DNA of 64,000 bases from Gemmatimonadota bacterium (GCA_039591655.1 JBDHDE010000002.1:39995-103994); one strand, 5' to 3'. Numbered from the stretch's first letter, positions 19,147 through 29,649 are shown. The notes: a model not told the origin generated them from the sequence alone. Translations and numbers: made by a program.

Positions 19147-20360
19147 CACGCCCTCCGTTCCCGCCGGGCGTGCTGGCCGACGATCAAGCGGTCAACATCG
19201 ATGATTCGCGCCACCACGACGAGCACCACTACGTTCAGCCCAAAGAGCGCGAAACCGTACACCTCATTCTGCCGCAACCCCAGCTCGTCCAGCGTCCAGA
19301 CGGCCGTCGCGATGATCATGATGTACGACAGCGCCATCGGCAGCATGACCTTCCACCCCAGCGACATCAGCTGGTCGTACCGGAACCGTGGCAGGGTCCA
19401 ACGCACCCAGATGTACCAGAAGACGAAGAAGAAGGTCTTGCCCAGGAAGACGATCAGCGTCGCTAGCGACTTGAGCACGGTCGGCTCACCCTGGTCCCAG
19501 CTCGTGAACGGAATGTCCCATCCGCCGAAGAACAGGGTCGCGATGAGAGCCGACATCGTGATCAATGCCCCATACTCCGCCAGGAAGAACATGGCGAAAC
19601 GCATGGAGCTGTACTCCGTGTGATAGCCCCCCACCAGTTCACTCTCCGCTTCGGGCAGATCGAACGGCAAGCGATTGCCTTCCGCCAAAGCCGATACCGC
19701 GAACAACACGAACCCGAAGGTGAGGGCGATCACGAACCACACGGTCTGCTGCTGGTAGGCGATGACCTCGTTCAGGGTCACGTCACCCACCAGGATCAGC
19801 ACGGCGATGACGCTCATCCCGAGCGCGATCTCGTAGCTGATCATTTGCGCGCTCGAGCGCAGCCCACCCAGGAACGAGTACTTGTTGCCCGAGGACCACC
19901 CCGCCATCACGACGCCGTACACTGCGAGGCTCGAGATGGCCAGGATGAAGAGCAGGCCTATTGAGATGTCGGCCACGATCATGGGCATCGGGCCGTCGAA
20001 TACGAAGCGCCCCAGCAGCGGCACAGTGAAATCGAACGACAGCGGAAGGGGGGCCGCAAACGGGATCACGGCGAACAGAATCAAGGAGGGCACGAAGGAC
20101 ATTCCCGGGGCCAGCAAGAACAACACCCGGTCCGCCTGCCCGGGCAGTGTCTCCTCCTTGACGAAGTTCTTGATGCCGTCGGCGATGGGCTGGTACAGCC
20201 CCTGCGGCCCCGCCCGGTTGGGCCCCAGCCGGTTCTGGATCCACGCAGCCACCCGTCGCTCCAGCCAGGTCACGAACGCCACGCCCAAGAGGAGCGCGAA
20301 GAAGACCACCACCAGCTTCACGACGCCGACCAGCAGGAATCCCTTGAGTTCTGGCGTCAC
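19146..20360 (-). CDS. nuoH: NADH-quinone oxidoreductase subunit H
   Basis: ERRVAAWIQNRLGPNR, AQMISYE, NRLPFDLPEAESELVGGY, PRFRYDQLM. Confidence 0.97.
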   Translation of the reverse strand: MTPELKGFLLVGVVKLVVVFFALLLGVAFVTWLERRVAAWIQNRLGPNRAGPQGLYQPIADGIKNFVKEETLPGQADRVLFLLAPGMSFVPSLILFAVIPFAAPLPLSFDFTVPLLGRFVFDGPMPMIVADISIGLLFILAISSLAVYGVVMAGWSSGNKYSFLGGLRSSAQMISYEIALGMSVIAVLILVGDVTLNEVIAYQQQTVWFVIALTFGFVLFAVSALAEGNRLPFDLPEAESELVGGYHTEYSSMRFAMFFLAEYGALITMSALIATLFFGGWDIPFTSWDQGEPTVLKSLATLIVFLGKTFFFVFWYIWVRWTLPRFRYDQLMSLGWKVMLPMALSYIMIIATAVWTLDELGLRQNEVYGFALFGLNVVVLVVVARIIDVDRLIVGQHARRERRA

Positions 20361-21940
20361 CGGGACACCTCCGCCGGGCTCGCATCCAGCACTGCTCCTC
20401 TGTATCCGAGCCTCTGATACGTCAACCCGGCGAATGCCGCCTCGCCGGCAGCGAGACGCTCGAACGCCTCGCCCGCGCTTGCCAACGGCTCACCCCGTCC
20501 CAATTCCGCCAGGAGCTCACCTAGAACCCACCAGGCGGGTCGCGCCATTCCCGGTCCGGTCTTTGCCTGCAAGTAGCGCTGCACCCGGCGATCACGATTC
20601 ACGAACGTCCCATCCTCCTCGGCCACGTTCGTGACGGGGAGCACCACGCGGGCTGCCCTACCCGCATCCGGCAGCGTCGTGCCGAGATACACCACGTTGC
20701 CCGCCTGCGCGAGCGCCTCCCGCGTCACGCCGTCGAGGCCCTCGTCCAGCACGACGACCAGGGCGGCATCAGCGACGGCGCGCAAAGCCGCGTCGAAGTC
20801 CTCCTGGAAGCCCAACAGAACTGCCCCGGTGGCGTTGGGTGCCCGCTCCTCGCGCAGCGCGAGGCCCGGCACCCCGGCCAACGTAACCTCGCCTCCAACC
20901 CGCTTCATCCGGAACGCGCCAGTGACGTCGAAGCCCTCGAGCACCCCCCTCGCGAGGTACAGCGCCTCACTGGAAGTACCGGGGGAGACGAGGGCCACGG
21001 CCTTGCCGCTGGCACCCTTCACGACCTGGGCGGCCCGGGCCAGGGCGTGATCCCAATCGACCGCCACCAGCTCACCGTTCTCCGCCACCAATGGGGCCTC
21101 AATCCGATCGCCCCGGTTCATCCAGCGATACTCGCTGCGCCCCTGATCACAGATGAAGTACCGGTTGACCTCCAGATTGGGCCGCGGCCGCAGACGGACT
21201 ACCACGTTGCTGCGGGTGTCGATGTTGACGTTGCAGCCCTGCGAGCAGCCCGTGCACACACTGGCCGTCTTGTCCAGCTCCCACGCCCGGGCCTTGTGCA
21301 GGAAGTCCTTCGAGAGCAGCGATCCCACCGGGCAGAGATCAACCACGTTCCCCGCCCATGGATGGTCCAGCTGCCGGTCGACGTGTATCCCGATGTGTGC
21401 GCGGTCCCCCCGCTCACTGACGTTGAGGATCGGCTCCTCGGCCACGTGGTCCATGAACCGCACGCATCGGGTGCACAGGATGCAGCGGTTGGGCACGTAC
21501 AGGATGTCGCCTCCGAAATCCTCCACCGGGTTGAAGCGCTTGGGGAAGGCCGGCGTATAGCGGGTGCGCGCCCGCCCCTCTTGGAACACGTAGTCCTGGA
21601 GCTCGCACTCACCCGCCTGATCGCAAATGGGACAGTCCAGCGGGTGGTTGATGAGCAGGAACTCGAGCACTCCCTCTCGGGCCTTCGCTGCCTGCTCGGT
21701 GTAGACATGCACCTTCTGACCCTCGGCCACGGTGGTAGCGCAGCCGGGGGCCAACTTCGGCATCCCCTCGACCTCCACCAGGCACATCCGGCACACCCCG
21801 ACGATGGGGAGGCCGGGATGGTAGCAGTAATGGGGGATCAGCACCCCAGCCTGCTTCGCCGCCTCGAGGATCATCGTCCCCTTGGGGACCGTGACCTCGA
21901 CGCCTTCGATCGTCAGTGTGACCAGTTCTCGTTCCGCCAT
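20357..21940 (-). CDS. nuoG: NADH-quinone oxidoreductase subunit G (short form, ~527 aa)
   Basis: CYHP..CRMC, HPLDCPICDQAGEC, CILCTRC, CTGCSQGC..ICD; start trimmed to ATG 21940. Confidence 0.93.
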   Translation of the reverse strand: MAERELVTLTIEGVEVTVPKGTMILEAAKQAGVLIPHYCYHPGLPIVGVCRMCLVEVEGMPKLAPGCATTVAEGQKVHVYTEQAAKAREGVLEFLLINHPLDCPICDQAGECELQDYVFQEGRARTRYTPAFPKRFNPVEDFGGDILYVPNRCILCTRCVRFMDHVAEEPILNVSERGDRAHIGIHVDRQLDHPWAGNVVDLCPVGSLLSKDFLHKARAWELDKTASVCTGCSQGCNVNIDTRSNVVVRLRPRPNLEVNRYFICDQGRSEYRWMNRGDRIEAPLVAENGELVAVDWDHALARAAQVVKGASGKAVALVSPGTSSEALYLARGVLEGFDVTGAFRMKRVGGEVTLAGVPGLALREERAPNATGAVLLGFQEDFDAALRAVADAALVVVLDEGLDGVTREALAQAGNVVYLGTTLPDAGRAARVVLPVTNVAEEDGTFVNRDRRVQRYLQAKTGPGMARPAWWVLGELLAELGRGEPLASAGEAFERLAAGEAAFAGLTYQRLGYRGAVLDASPAEVSR

Positions 21941-21944
21941 ATCC

Positions 21945-23249
21945 TCACACCGCGGCCAACATCGGGCGGCGAGCACCCTCGGTGTAGGCCTCGAATTCGT
22001 TCCGGAACTTGCTGACTGCGCTCATAGCCACAGCGGCACAGGAGTCACTGAGCACGCAGATGGTCTTGCCCGTCATCTGCTCGCCCAGGTCCATGAGCAG
22101 ATCGAGGTCCCGCGTCTCCCCCTCACCCGCGAGGATCTTCTGCAGGATGCGCACGGTCCATCCGGTGCCCTCCCGGCACTGCGTGCACTGGGCACAGGAC
22201 TCGTGGGCATAGAACCTAGCCGTACGCATCGTCTGGTACACCATGTCGGCGGTCTCGTCGAATACGATCACTCCGCCCGAGCCCAGCATGGTCCCGACCT
22301 CCACGCAGCCCTCGTAATCGAGCACGCACGCCTCGGCTTCCTCGCGATTGAGGTACGGCACCGACGACCCTCCAGGCACCACCGCCTTGAGCGCTCCGTG
22401 TTGCACCCCGCCACACAGGTCGTAGATCAGGTCCTTGAGCGGGAAGCCCATCTCAACTTCGAAGTTCCCGGGCTTGTTCACCTGCCCACACACGCTGAGC
22501 AGCTTGGTGCCCGTACTCTTGGGATTCGAGAGGCTCAGCGACTTGTACCACTGGGCTCCCCGGTTGATGATGTGCAGCACCGAGGCGAGCGTCTCGACGT
22601 TGTTGATGGTGGTGGGTCGGCCGAACACGCCGTACGCGGCCGGGAACGGTGGCCGGATCCGTGGATTGCCGCGCTTGCCCTCGATGGAGTTCATCAGCGC
22701 GGTCTCCTCACCACAGATGTACGCCCCCGCACCCCGGTGGATGTACATGTCCAGGCGCTTCCCTTTCCCCATCGCGTTCTTCCCCAGCACACCCTTGGCA
22801 TAGGCCTCATCGAGGGCCTGCTGCATCACGGCTATGGGCTCGGTGAACTCGCCCCGGATGTAGATGTAGGTGATCTCGGCCTGGATGGCGTACTGCGCGA
22901 TGGCCGCCCCCTCGATGAGCGCATGGGGCGTCCACCGCATGATCTCGCGGTCCTTGAAGGTGCCTGGCTCGGACTCATCGGCATTGGCACATAGATAGTG
23001 GGGGCCCTTCCTCTCCTTGGGCATGAAGCCCCATTTCACCCCGGCCGGGAACCCGGCGCCCCCACGCCCGCGTAGTCCGGACTCCCTCACTTCAGTGATG
23101 ACATCCTGCGGGTCCATGGAGAGCGCCTTCTCCAACGCCTGGTACCCGCCTCGCTTGATCCACCCGTCGTACGTGCGGGCCTCGGGATCGCCGAAGTGCT
23201 CGCTGAGAACGCGTGTTTCCTTGGGATGTGGCTCGTGCGGATAGCCCAT
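21945..23249 (-). CDS. nuoF: NADH-quinone oxidoreductase subunit F
   Basis: GLRGRGGAGFP, NADESEPGT, GAYICGEETAL, HESCAQCTQCREG. Confidence 0.98.
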   Translation of the reverse strand: MGYPHEPHPKETRVLSEHFGDPEARTYDGWIKRGGYQALEKALSMDPQDVITEVRESGLRGRGGAGFPAGVKWGFMPKERKGPHYLCANADESEPGTFKDREIMRWTPHALIEGAAIAQYAIQAEITYIYIRGEFTEPIAVMQQALDEAYAKGVLGKNAMGKGKRLDMYIHRGAGAYICGEETALMNSIEGKRGNPRIRPPFPAAYGVFGRPTTINNVETLASVLHIINRGAQWYKSLSLSNPKSTGTKLLSVCGQVNKPGNFEVEMGFPLKDLIYDLCGGVQHGALKAVVPGGSSVPYLNREEAEACVLDYEGCVEVGTMLGSGGVIVFDETADMVYQTMRTARFYAHESCAQCTQCREGTGWTVRILQKILAGEGETRDLDLLMDLGEQMTGKTICVLSDSCAAVAMSAVSKFRNEFEAYTEGARRPMLAAV

Positions 23250-23277
23250 TACGCCCCCTGCCCCGCGCCGCCCCGGC

Positions 23278-23772
23278 TCACTGGTACCTCTGCAGGAGCT
23301 CTGGCACCGATTCCGGTGTCACGCTCTCGATGAAGTCGTCGTTGACCATCACCGGCGTGGGGAATCCGCACGCTCCGAGGCATTCGACCTCGATGACTGT
23401 GTACTTCCCATCGGGCGAGGTGGCGCCCAACTCCCCGCAGCCGGTGTGCTCCAGGAACGCGCTCACCACGTCCTCGGCACCCACCACGTTGCAGCACGTT
23501 GTCGTACACACTTGGATGAAGTGCGTCCCAACCGGGTGCTGGTGATACATGGTGTAGAACGTCACCACACCCTTCACGTAGGCCGGGGTGAGATCCAGCA
23601 CCTCGGCCACCTCCGCCATCGCTTCGTCGGAGATCCAGCCGCGCGCCTGCTGCACCATCCACAGCGCGGGCAGCAGCCCGGCGGCCTTCGCCTCGTACCG
23701 CTGCAGGATCTCCTCGATCTGCTTCCGTCGCTTGCCCGTGAACACGGGCTCGTAAGTCGTCGTCTCGTGCAT
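23278..23772 (-). CDS. nuoE: NADH-quinone oxidoreductase subunit E
   Basis: GVVTFYTMY, VCTTTCC, ECLGAC (2Fe-2S); start trimmed to ATG 23772. Confidence 0.95.
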   Translation of the reverse strand: MHETTTYEPVFTGKRRKQIEEILQRYEAKAAGLLPALWMVQQARGWISDEAMAEVAEVLDLTPAYVKGVVTFYTMYHQHPVGTHFIQVCTTTCCNVVGAEDVVSAFLEHTGCGELGATSPDGKYTVIEVECLGACGFPTPVMVNDDFIESVTPESVPELLQRYQ

Positions 23773-23800
23773 CACTCGTTTCCGCCCCGGCCCAAGGCCC

Positions 23801-25087
23801 CTAGCGGTCGATCTCTCCCAATACGATATCCACGCTGGCATTGATCGCGATCAGATCGGCCAGCAGGTGCCCTTCGGCCATCTTGGGCAGCGCCGCCAGA
23901 TTGATGAGCGACGGCGGCCGGATACGCCACCGAACGGGCTTCGCCGTTCCGTCGGACACGAAGTAGGTGCCCAGCTCCCCTTTGCCGTTCTCGATGGGGA
24001 AGTACACCTCCCCAACCGGGGCCGGCACGCCTTCCATGACCTGCTTGAAGTGGAAGATCATCGCCTCCATGTCCGACATGGCGGCACTCTTGGGAGGCAG
24101 GATCACCCGCGGATCGGCCGCGTTGATCGGTCCGTCCGGCAGACGGTCCAGCGCCTGCTCCAGGATGCGGACCGACTGCCGCATCTCCTCCATCCGAATG
24201 AGGTAGCGGTCGTAGACGTCGCCGTGCTCGCCGATGGGCACGTCGAAGTCGTAGGTCTCGTAGTCGAGATACGGACGGTCCTTGCGCACGTCGTACGCGA
24301 CCTCGCTGGCACGGAGCATGGGTCCAGAGAGGCCGTAGTTGATGGCATCCTCCGCGGACATCACCCCGACCCCCTGGCACCGGGAACACCAGATGGCGTT
24401 CTTGGTGAGGAGACGATCCACCTCGTCCAGCACGCCCGGGAAGCTCTTGCACCAGTCCCGCAGCCGGTCCTCGAAGCCGTCGGGAATGTCGGCCATCATC
24501 CCGCCCACACGTGTGAGGCTCGTGGTGAGGCGGGCGCCAGTCCACTCCTCCTGCAGATCGTAGACCTTCTCGCGCTCCTGGAATGTCCACAGGAACGGCG
24601 TGAAGGCGCCGATGTCCACGGCGGTGGTTCCGAGCCAGACGATGTGCGAGATGATGCGGCTCAGCTCGCAGGCGATGACGCGGAGCACCTTGCACCGCTC
24701 GGTGATCTCGATGCCCATGAGCTGCTCGGCGGCAAGTGCCAGCCCGACGTTGTTGGCCATGGGAGCGAGGTAGTCGGTTCGGTCGGTCAGCGGGATGATC
24801 TGATTGTAGTGCCGGTACTCGCCCAGCTTCTCGAAGCCCGAGTGCAGGTACCCGATGTGAGGTATCACCCGGACGACGACCTCGCCTTCGAGTTGGACCA
24901 CGAGGCGCAGCACCCCGTGAGTCGCAGGATGCTGCGGCCCGATGTTGATCAACATATCTTCGGCCCTGAAGTCCGGCTCGCCGTCCTCTTCCGCCGCTCC
25001 CACCCCCAACGGGACGCGCACGGGCCGTCCCTGGGCGTCGACTCCCGTCGTCGCTACGTCGAGCTCGATCGTCCGCTTCTCACCCAT
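23801..25087 (-). CDS. nuoD: NADH-quinone oxidoreductase subunit D
   Basis: NIGPQHPATHGVLR, GYLHSGFEK, DIVLGEIDR. Confidence 0.97.
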   Translation of the reverse strand: MGEKRTIELDVATTGVDAQGRPVRVPLGVGAAEEDGEPDFRAEDMLINIGPQHPATHGVLRLVVQLEGEVVVRVIPHIGYLHSGFEKLGEYRHYNQIIPLTDRTDYLAPMANNVGLALAAEQLMGIEITERCKVLRVIACELSRIISHIVWLGTTAVDIGAFTPFLWTFQEREKVYDLQEEWTGARLTTSLTRVGGMMADIPDGFEDRLRDWCKSFPGVLDEVDRLLTKNAIWCSRCQGVGVMSAEDAINYGLSGPMLRASEVAYDVRKDRPYLDYETYDFDVPIGEHGDVYDRYLIRMEEMRQSVRILEQALDRLPDGPINAADPRVILPPKSAAMSDMEAMIFHFKQVMEGVPAPVGEVYFPIENGKGELGTYFVSDGTAKPVRWRIRPPSLINLAALPKMAEGHLLADLIAINASVDIVLGEIDR

Positions 25088-25715
25088 TGTCGTGGTCCGC
25101 CTCTAGCTCGGGCACCTCGCCGCGCTCCCCCCTCACCAGCCGCTCCCGCACGTCGGCGGGGAGGTCGTGATGCGCCTGCACGATGGAGAGCTCCTCGAGC
25201 GAGTAGTGCGCCTCGGGATTGGCGTGCAGCGCGCGGCGGACCTGCTCCGACCGGGAGAAGCGGCCACGGAGCGGGAAGTCCTTCCGCAGCGGGTGACCTT
25301 CGTCGTACGTCTCCCACATGAGCAGCCGCCGGAGATCGGGGTGCTCGCGGAAGGTGACACCGAACAGGTCGTACACTTCACGCTCGAGCCAATCGGCGGC
25401 GTGCCACAGCGGGACCACGGAGTCGACCTCGAGGGCCTCGTCCTGGGGGAGCTCCACCTTGACCCGGAGGTCCATCCGCCGCTCGAGGGAGCGGAGCTCG
25501 TACATGACCTCCATGGGGAGCTCGGGATCGCGGTACTCCACCGCGGTGAGGTCCACGAGGTAGTTGTAGTCCTCGCCCGGCGTCTCCTTGAGCCACTGGA
25601 GGACCTCCCGGAGACTCCCGCGATGCACGTAGACGATGGTCTGGCCGCAGGAAACGGTTGCGCGCCCGATCTTGTTGCCGTGGGCGCGCCGCAGGGATTC
25701 GACAGAGGGATTCAC
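25080..25715 (-). CDS. nuoC: NADH-quinone oxidoreductase subunit C
   Basis: ADWLEREVYDLFGV, HPDLRRLL, GHPLRKDFP. Confidence 0.96.
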   Translation of the reverse strand: MNPSVESLRRAHGNKIGRATVSCGQTIVYVHRGSLREVLQWLKETPGEDYNYLVDLTAVEYRDPELPMEVMYELRSLERRMDLRVKVELPQDEALEVDSVVPLWHAADWLEREVYDLFGVTFREHPDLRRLLMWETYDEGHPLRKDFPLRGRFSRSEQVRRALHANPEAHYSLEELSIVQAHHDLPADVRERLVRGERGEVPELEADHDNG

Positions 25716-25722
25716 AGGGTCG

Positions 25723-26337
25723 CTACGCTGAGCGTGTCTGATGGACCGAGTTGCCGAACGGCTCCGACAGCTCGTCGACCAGCCGCGGCGGGATCCTCAA
25801 GTTCCCCCGCTCGAGGGGACGCTCTACCCGGAGGGTCGGGTCGGCCAGCGTCTCTCCCCTGATCTTCTTGTGCAACAGCAGGATGCCGTAGAGCAGCCCC
25901 TCGGGCCGCGGCGGGCAGCCGGGCACGTACACGTCCACCGGCACTACCGTGTCGATCCCTTGCACCATCGCGTAGGTGTCAAAGATCCCGCCGGTTGAGG
26001 CGCAGGCTCCCATGGAGATCACCCACTTGGGCTGCGGCATCTGGTCGTAGATCCGCCGAATCACCGGCGCCAGCTTGAACGGGAGTCGCCCAGCGCAGAG
26101 CAGAACGTCAGCTTGCCGGGGCGTGTAGCCCAACCGCTCCATGCCGAAGCGGGACAGATCGAACCGGCTGGCCGCCGTGGCCATGAACTCGATGGCGCAA
26201 CAGGCGGTTCCGAAGGGCATCGGCCAGAGGCTGCTCGACCGCGCCCAGTTGACCAAGAAGTCGAGACGGGTGGTCACCCAGTTCGGGGAGATCTGCGAGA
26301 CTACCGACGAGGTCTCGGGAGGGGCGGTCAGTGCCAT
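25723..26337 (-). CDS. nuoB: NADH-quinone oxidoreductase subunit B
   Basis: [24 protein letters not shown]. Confidence 0.97.
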   Translation of the reverse strand: MALTAPPETSSVVSQISPNWVTTRLDFLVNWARSSSLWPMPFGTACCAIEFMATAASRFDLSRFGMERLGYTPRQADVLLCAGRLPFKLAPVIRRIYDQMPQPKWVISMGACASTGGIFDTYAMVQGIDTVVPVDVYVPGCPPRPEGLLYGILLLHKKIRGETLADPTLRVERPLERGNLRIPPRLVDELSEPFGNSVHQTRSA

Positions 26338-26696
26338 TCCAGCGCTCCCCGCTTCCAGGCGTATATGAACCCCACCAAGAGGATGATTACGAATACGAGC
26401 ATCTCAATGAGCCCGAACAACCCGAGCTGCCGGAACGCCACCCCCCAAGGGATCATGAACACCGTCTCCAGATCGAAGACGATGAAGAGCATCGCAACCA
26501 GGTAGAACTTGACGCTGAACCGGGACCACGTGCTGCCGAGGGGCGGCATGCCCGATTCGTACGGCGTCAGCTTGATTGGAGTCGCGGTCGCCCCGGGGTA
26601 CAGGTGGGACAGGATGAGAATCGCCAGAGCCGTCATCACCACGAAGGCGATCAGAAGAAAGAGAGGGATGTATTGTTGTAGCACCGGACCGTGCAC
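26328..26696 (-). CDS. nuoA: NADH-quinone oxidoreductase subunit A
   Basis: [27 protein letters not shown]; true start may be a few codons downstream. Confidence 0.96.
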   Translation of the reverse strand: MHGPVLQQYIPLFLLIAFVVMTALAILILSHLYPGATATPIKLTPYESGMPPLGSTWSRFSVKFYLVAMLFIVFDLETVFMIPWGVAFRQLGLFGLIEMLVFVIILLVGFIYAWKRGALEWH

Positions 26697-26735
26697 TCGC
26701 GAAACGCGTTCACGTTCATCGGATTTCGGGCGTGG

Positions 26736-26765
26736 AAGTTACCCAGGCCTCCGGAGCAGTGTCAA
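26736..26765 (-). promoter_or_regulatory. sigma70-type promoter of the nuo operon
   Basis: TTGACA-N18-TAACTT upstream of nuoA. Confidence 0.6.
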
Positions 26766-26888
26766 GCAAGCCTAAGGTAGCGCAGCAGAAATGCTTACAT
26801 ATCTTTCCGTGGGCCGCCGAGCGTCGGCCGCGCCTGCGTCGCGCGGGGGCGAGCGCACCCACCCAGAACCCGCTTGGAAGGAAGGTTC

Positions 26889-27449
26889 ATGTCGATCAAG
26901 TCCGACCGTTGGATCCGCCACATGGCACAGGAGCACGGCATGATCGAGCCGTTCGCCGAATCACAGGTGCGGGCTGGGGCCATCAGCTACGGCGTGTCGT
27001 CGTACGGCTACGACATGCGCGTGGCCCGCGAGTTTCGCATCTTCACGAACGTTCATTCGCCGGTGGTGGACCCAAAGGATTTCGACGCGAGGTCGCTGGT
27101 CGACTATGAGGGCGACAATTGCATCATCCCACCGAACTCTTTCGCGCTCGCGCGTTCGGTGGAGTACTTCCGTATTCCGCGCAACGTGCTCACGATTTGC
27201 GTCGGGAAGAGCACGTACGCCCGCTGCGGCATCATCACGAACGTGACACCGTTCGAGCCGGAATGGGAGGGCCACGTGACCCTGGAGATCTCCAATACGA
27301 CACCGCTCCCCGCCAGGATCTACGCCGAGGAGGGCATCGCTCAGGTGCTGTTCTTCGAGGCCGACGCGGATGACGAGTGCGAGGTGTCGTACGGCGACCG
27401 CAAGGGGAAGTACCAGGCCCAGCGCGGGGTCACGCTGCCCAAGCTCTAG
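26889..27449 (+). CDS. dcd: dCTP deaminase
   Basis: [49 protein letters not shown]; GGAAGG SD upstream. Confidence 0.96.
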   Translation: MSIKSDRWIRHMAQEHGMIEPFAESQVRAGAISYGVSSYGYDMRVAREFRIFTNVHSPVVDPKDFDARSLVDYEGDNCIIPPNSFALARSVEYFRIPRNVLTICVGKSTYARCGIITNVTPFEPEWEGHVTLEISNTTPLPARIYAEEGIAQVLFFEADADDECEVSYGDRKGKYQAQRGVTLPKL

Positions 27450-27461
27450 GGTAGAGGCGAA

Positions 27462-28421
27462 ATGGCACTCGTTCGGTGTCCGATCCACAAGATCCCCTAC
27501 AACGACGAGAACCCTCGTGGCTGCCCGGCGTGCGCGCTCGAAAAGGAGGGAGCCGGGGAGGCCCGTATCATGCAGGAGCTGGCAAAGGCCTCACAACCCG
27601 CCCGGCGGGTGAGCTCGCCGGAGGTCGCCCCCCCACCCGAGGAGCCAGCCCTCCCGCAGGAGCCGTCTCCCTTCGAGCCGATTTGGGAGGAGCCCCTCGA
27701 GGAGGAGAGCCGGCTCCGCGCGTGGAGGCGGGCACTCGTGGGCCCGCGCGGCCTCGCCATCGGGGCGGGGATCATCGTGGTGCTGGCGGTGACGCTGTAC
27801 CTCACGACGCGGCCGCGTTTCGTGGCGCAGGCTCATCCCGCGGCCGCCGTCGACCAGGACGTGCGTCCGCTGCCCATCGAGCCGGGAGCCCCGGTGACCA
27901 TGGTCTTTGCCCTCCTGGGCACCCAGGCGCCCCGGCCCGTGCCGGATGAACCCCGACTCGCCCGCTACTCGTATGGCACCGACCTCGAGGTGGACGTCAT
28001 CAATGAGGCAGTCTACGCCGTCACCTTCAGCGTGCCGAATCGGAGCTGGCGGGGTCTGCGCGCCGGTGTGCCGGAGCAGACGGCCCGGGGCACCCTGGCA
28101 CTGCTCGGGACGCCCGAGGAGGTAACCCGAGGCTCACCGGCGACGCCCGAGCTGAGGGGGAGTTATCTCGTCTATCCGTCCCTAGAACAGCGGCCGCGGC
28201 GCACGCTCCGGGCCGAGGTCCGCCCGCCCAACGGCTGCTTTGACGTCCTGGTGGACCTCCAGCCGCGGGCCGCGGGCTTGCTGCTGCAAGAGGGCAATCG
28301 ATACGCAGTGGTGGGCCGCGGTGAGGAGCCGCTGGAGTGGGCCATCACCCGCGTCCGCGTGGTGGATCGCTCGGTCAGCGGCCCCTACGCCGACGGGCCG
28401 GCCTGTCAAGGAGGAGGATAG
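27462..28421 (+). CDS. hypothetical single-pass membrane protein with N-terminal Zn-binding motif
   Basis: CPIH-x10-CPAC, Pro/Glu-rich linker, one TM (GLAIGAGIIVVLAVTLYL), extracytoplasmic domain; GAGG SD. Confidence 0.75.
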   Translation: MALVRCPIHKIPYNDENPRGCPACALEKEGAGEARIMQELAKASQPARRVSSPEVAPPPEEPALPQEPSPFEPIWEEPLEEESRLRAWRRALVGPRGLAIGAGIIVVLAVTLYLTTRPRFVAQAHPAAAVDQDVRPLPIEPGAPVTMVFALLGTQAPRPVPDEPRLARYSYGTDLEVDVINEAVYAVTFSVPNRSWRGLRAGVPEQTARGTLALLGTPEEVTRGSPATPELRGSYLVYPSLEQRPRRTLRAEVRPPNGCFDVLVDLQPRAAGLLLQEGNRYAVVGRGEEPLEWAITRVRVVDRSVSGPYADGPACQGGG

Positions 28422-28425
28422 AGCC

Positions 28426-29148
28426 GTGACGACGACCGAACAGACCTGGGGACCCTGGAAGCTCGCCTTGCGGGTGATCGACGAGCCGGTGGAGGTATTC
28501 CGCCAACTGGCGGTGCGGCCCGCGGTGTGGGCGCCCATCGTCACGATGGTGATCGTGGTGGCGCTCACGAGCTTCACCATGCCCTCCGAGCCGATTGCCC
28601 AGGCCACCCGCACGCAAATGGAGGCGGCGCAGCGGCGGGCGCCCGACCAGATCACCGACGAGGCCATCGAGGAGCGCGTGGAGCTCGCCACCAGCACGAG
28701 GGGACGCGCCATCTCGCTGGCGAGCCAGGTAGTGATCTACCTGCTCGGCTTCGCGGTGGTGGCCGCCGTCCTGATGCTCGTCTTCGGGGCAGTCGGAAGC
28801 GAGCCCCTGAAGTTCAAGGACGAGTTCGCCATCGTCACACACGCGTTCATGCCGCAACTGTTGGGCTTCATCCTCATCGTGCTGCTGACCCGCTTCGCGG
28901 GGATCGAGCAGCTGAGCCTCTCGCTCGGTTTCCTGTTCGACAGCGAGTCGTCGCTCTTCATGCACAACCTCGGCAACCAGTTCACCCTCTTCGGGACCTG
29001 GAACATGGTCCTGCTGGCCCTGGGCAACCAGATTCGCACCGGGGCGAAGACCCTCGGCGGACCGCTGGCCATAGTGGGCGGGCTCTGGGTGCTGTTGAAC
29101 GTGGTGCTCGGCGCGATGGTGACATTCCTGGCAGGGCTGGCGGGCTAG
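28426..29148 (+). CDS. Yip1 family membrane protein
   Basis: VIDEPVEVFRQL..RP.W.P pattern plus ~5 TM helices; GGAGGA SD before GTG 28426. Confidence 0.75.
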   Translation: MTTTEQTWGPWKLALRVIDEPVEVFRQLAVRPAVWAPIVTMVIVVALTSFTMPSEPIAQATRTQMEAAQRRAPDQITDEAIEERVELATSTRGRAISLASQVVIYLLGFAVVAAVLMLVFGAVGSEPLKFKDEFAIVTHAFMPQLLGFILIVLLTRFAGIEQLSLSLGFLFDSESSLFMHNLGNQFTLFGTWNMVLLALGNQIRTGAKTLGGPLAIVGGLWVLLNVVLGAMVTFLAGLAG

Positions 29149-29186
29149 CCGCCCGGCGCTCGACCCCCGGGAGGGGGCAAACGGCC

Positions 29187-29230
29187 ACCGCCCCTCCACC
29201 CAAGCCATGGGGTGGAGGGGCGGTCCCTTC
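29187..29230. terminator. strong hairpin between convergent genes (probable terminator)
   Basis: Perfect 15-bp stem ACCGCCCCTCCACCC / GGGTGGAGGGGCGGT with 8-nt loop; only a weak pyrimidine tail. Confidence 0.7.
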
Positions 29231-29250
29231 TCGCTTCAGCCTCCCGGCGT

Positions 29251-29649
29251 CTACTCGATGGTGAACGTCATCGTGTGTAGCACGTTGCCCGCGGTGTCCC
29301 GCACCGTGACCGTCCACTCACCCTTCCACTCCGCCACGATCTTCTTGCTGCTGTAGGTGCGCCACGGAGAGCCGCCGATCTGGAGCGGCACGACCCACTC
29401 GTACCCGGCGAAGCTCCACACGTGCTCCAGGGCCATGCCTTCGGCGCCGGTCACCTTGGTCCAGCACCATAGGGTCTCGACGTCGGCCGAGAAGGTCGAG
29501 CCGGTGTCCACCGGCATGCGATCCACCACCTCCCGCGCGATCACTCCCTCGACGGTGATCGCGGACTCCTGGGCGCCGAGGGGTGCCGAAAGCCCCCCGA
29601 GCACGAGCGGCAGCACCAGGAGCAAGACTGCGCGTCTGATCGTCTTCAT
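29251..29649 (-). CDS. secreted DUF2914-family (Ig-like) protein
   Basis: Signal peptide, LWCWTKV, LEHVW, SPWRTYSSKKI, GEWTVTV; GGAGG SD before ATG 29649. Confidence 0.8.
   Translation of the reverse strand: MKTIRRAVLLLVLPLVLGGLSAPLGAQESAITVEGVIAREVVDRMPVDTGSTFSADVETLWCWTKVTGAEGMALEHVWSFAGYEWVVPLQIGGSPWRTYSSKKIVAEWKGEWTVTVRDTAGNVLHTMTFTIE

Noticed and set aside
26697-26716. Possible Rex operator upstream of nuoA (CGTGAA-CGCGT-TTCGCG on the minus strand)
   Set aside because: Spacing is one base off and the outer TTG/CAA are missing; too weak to call
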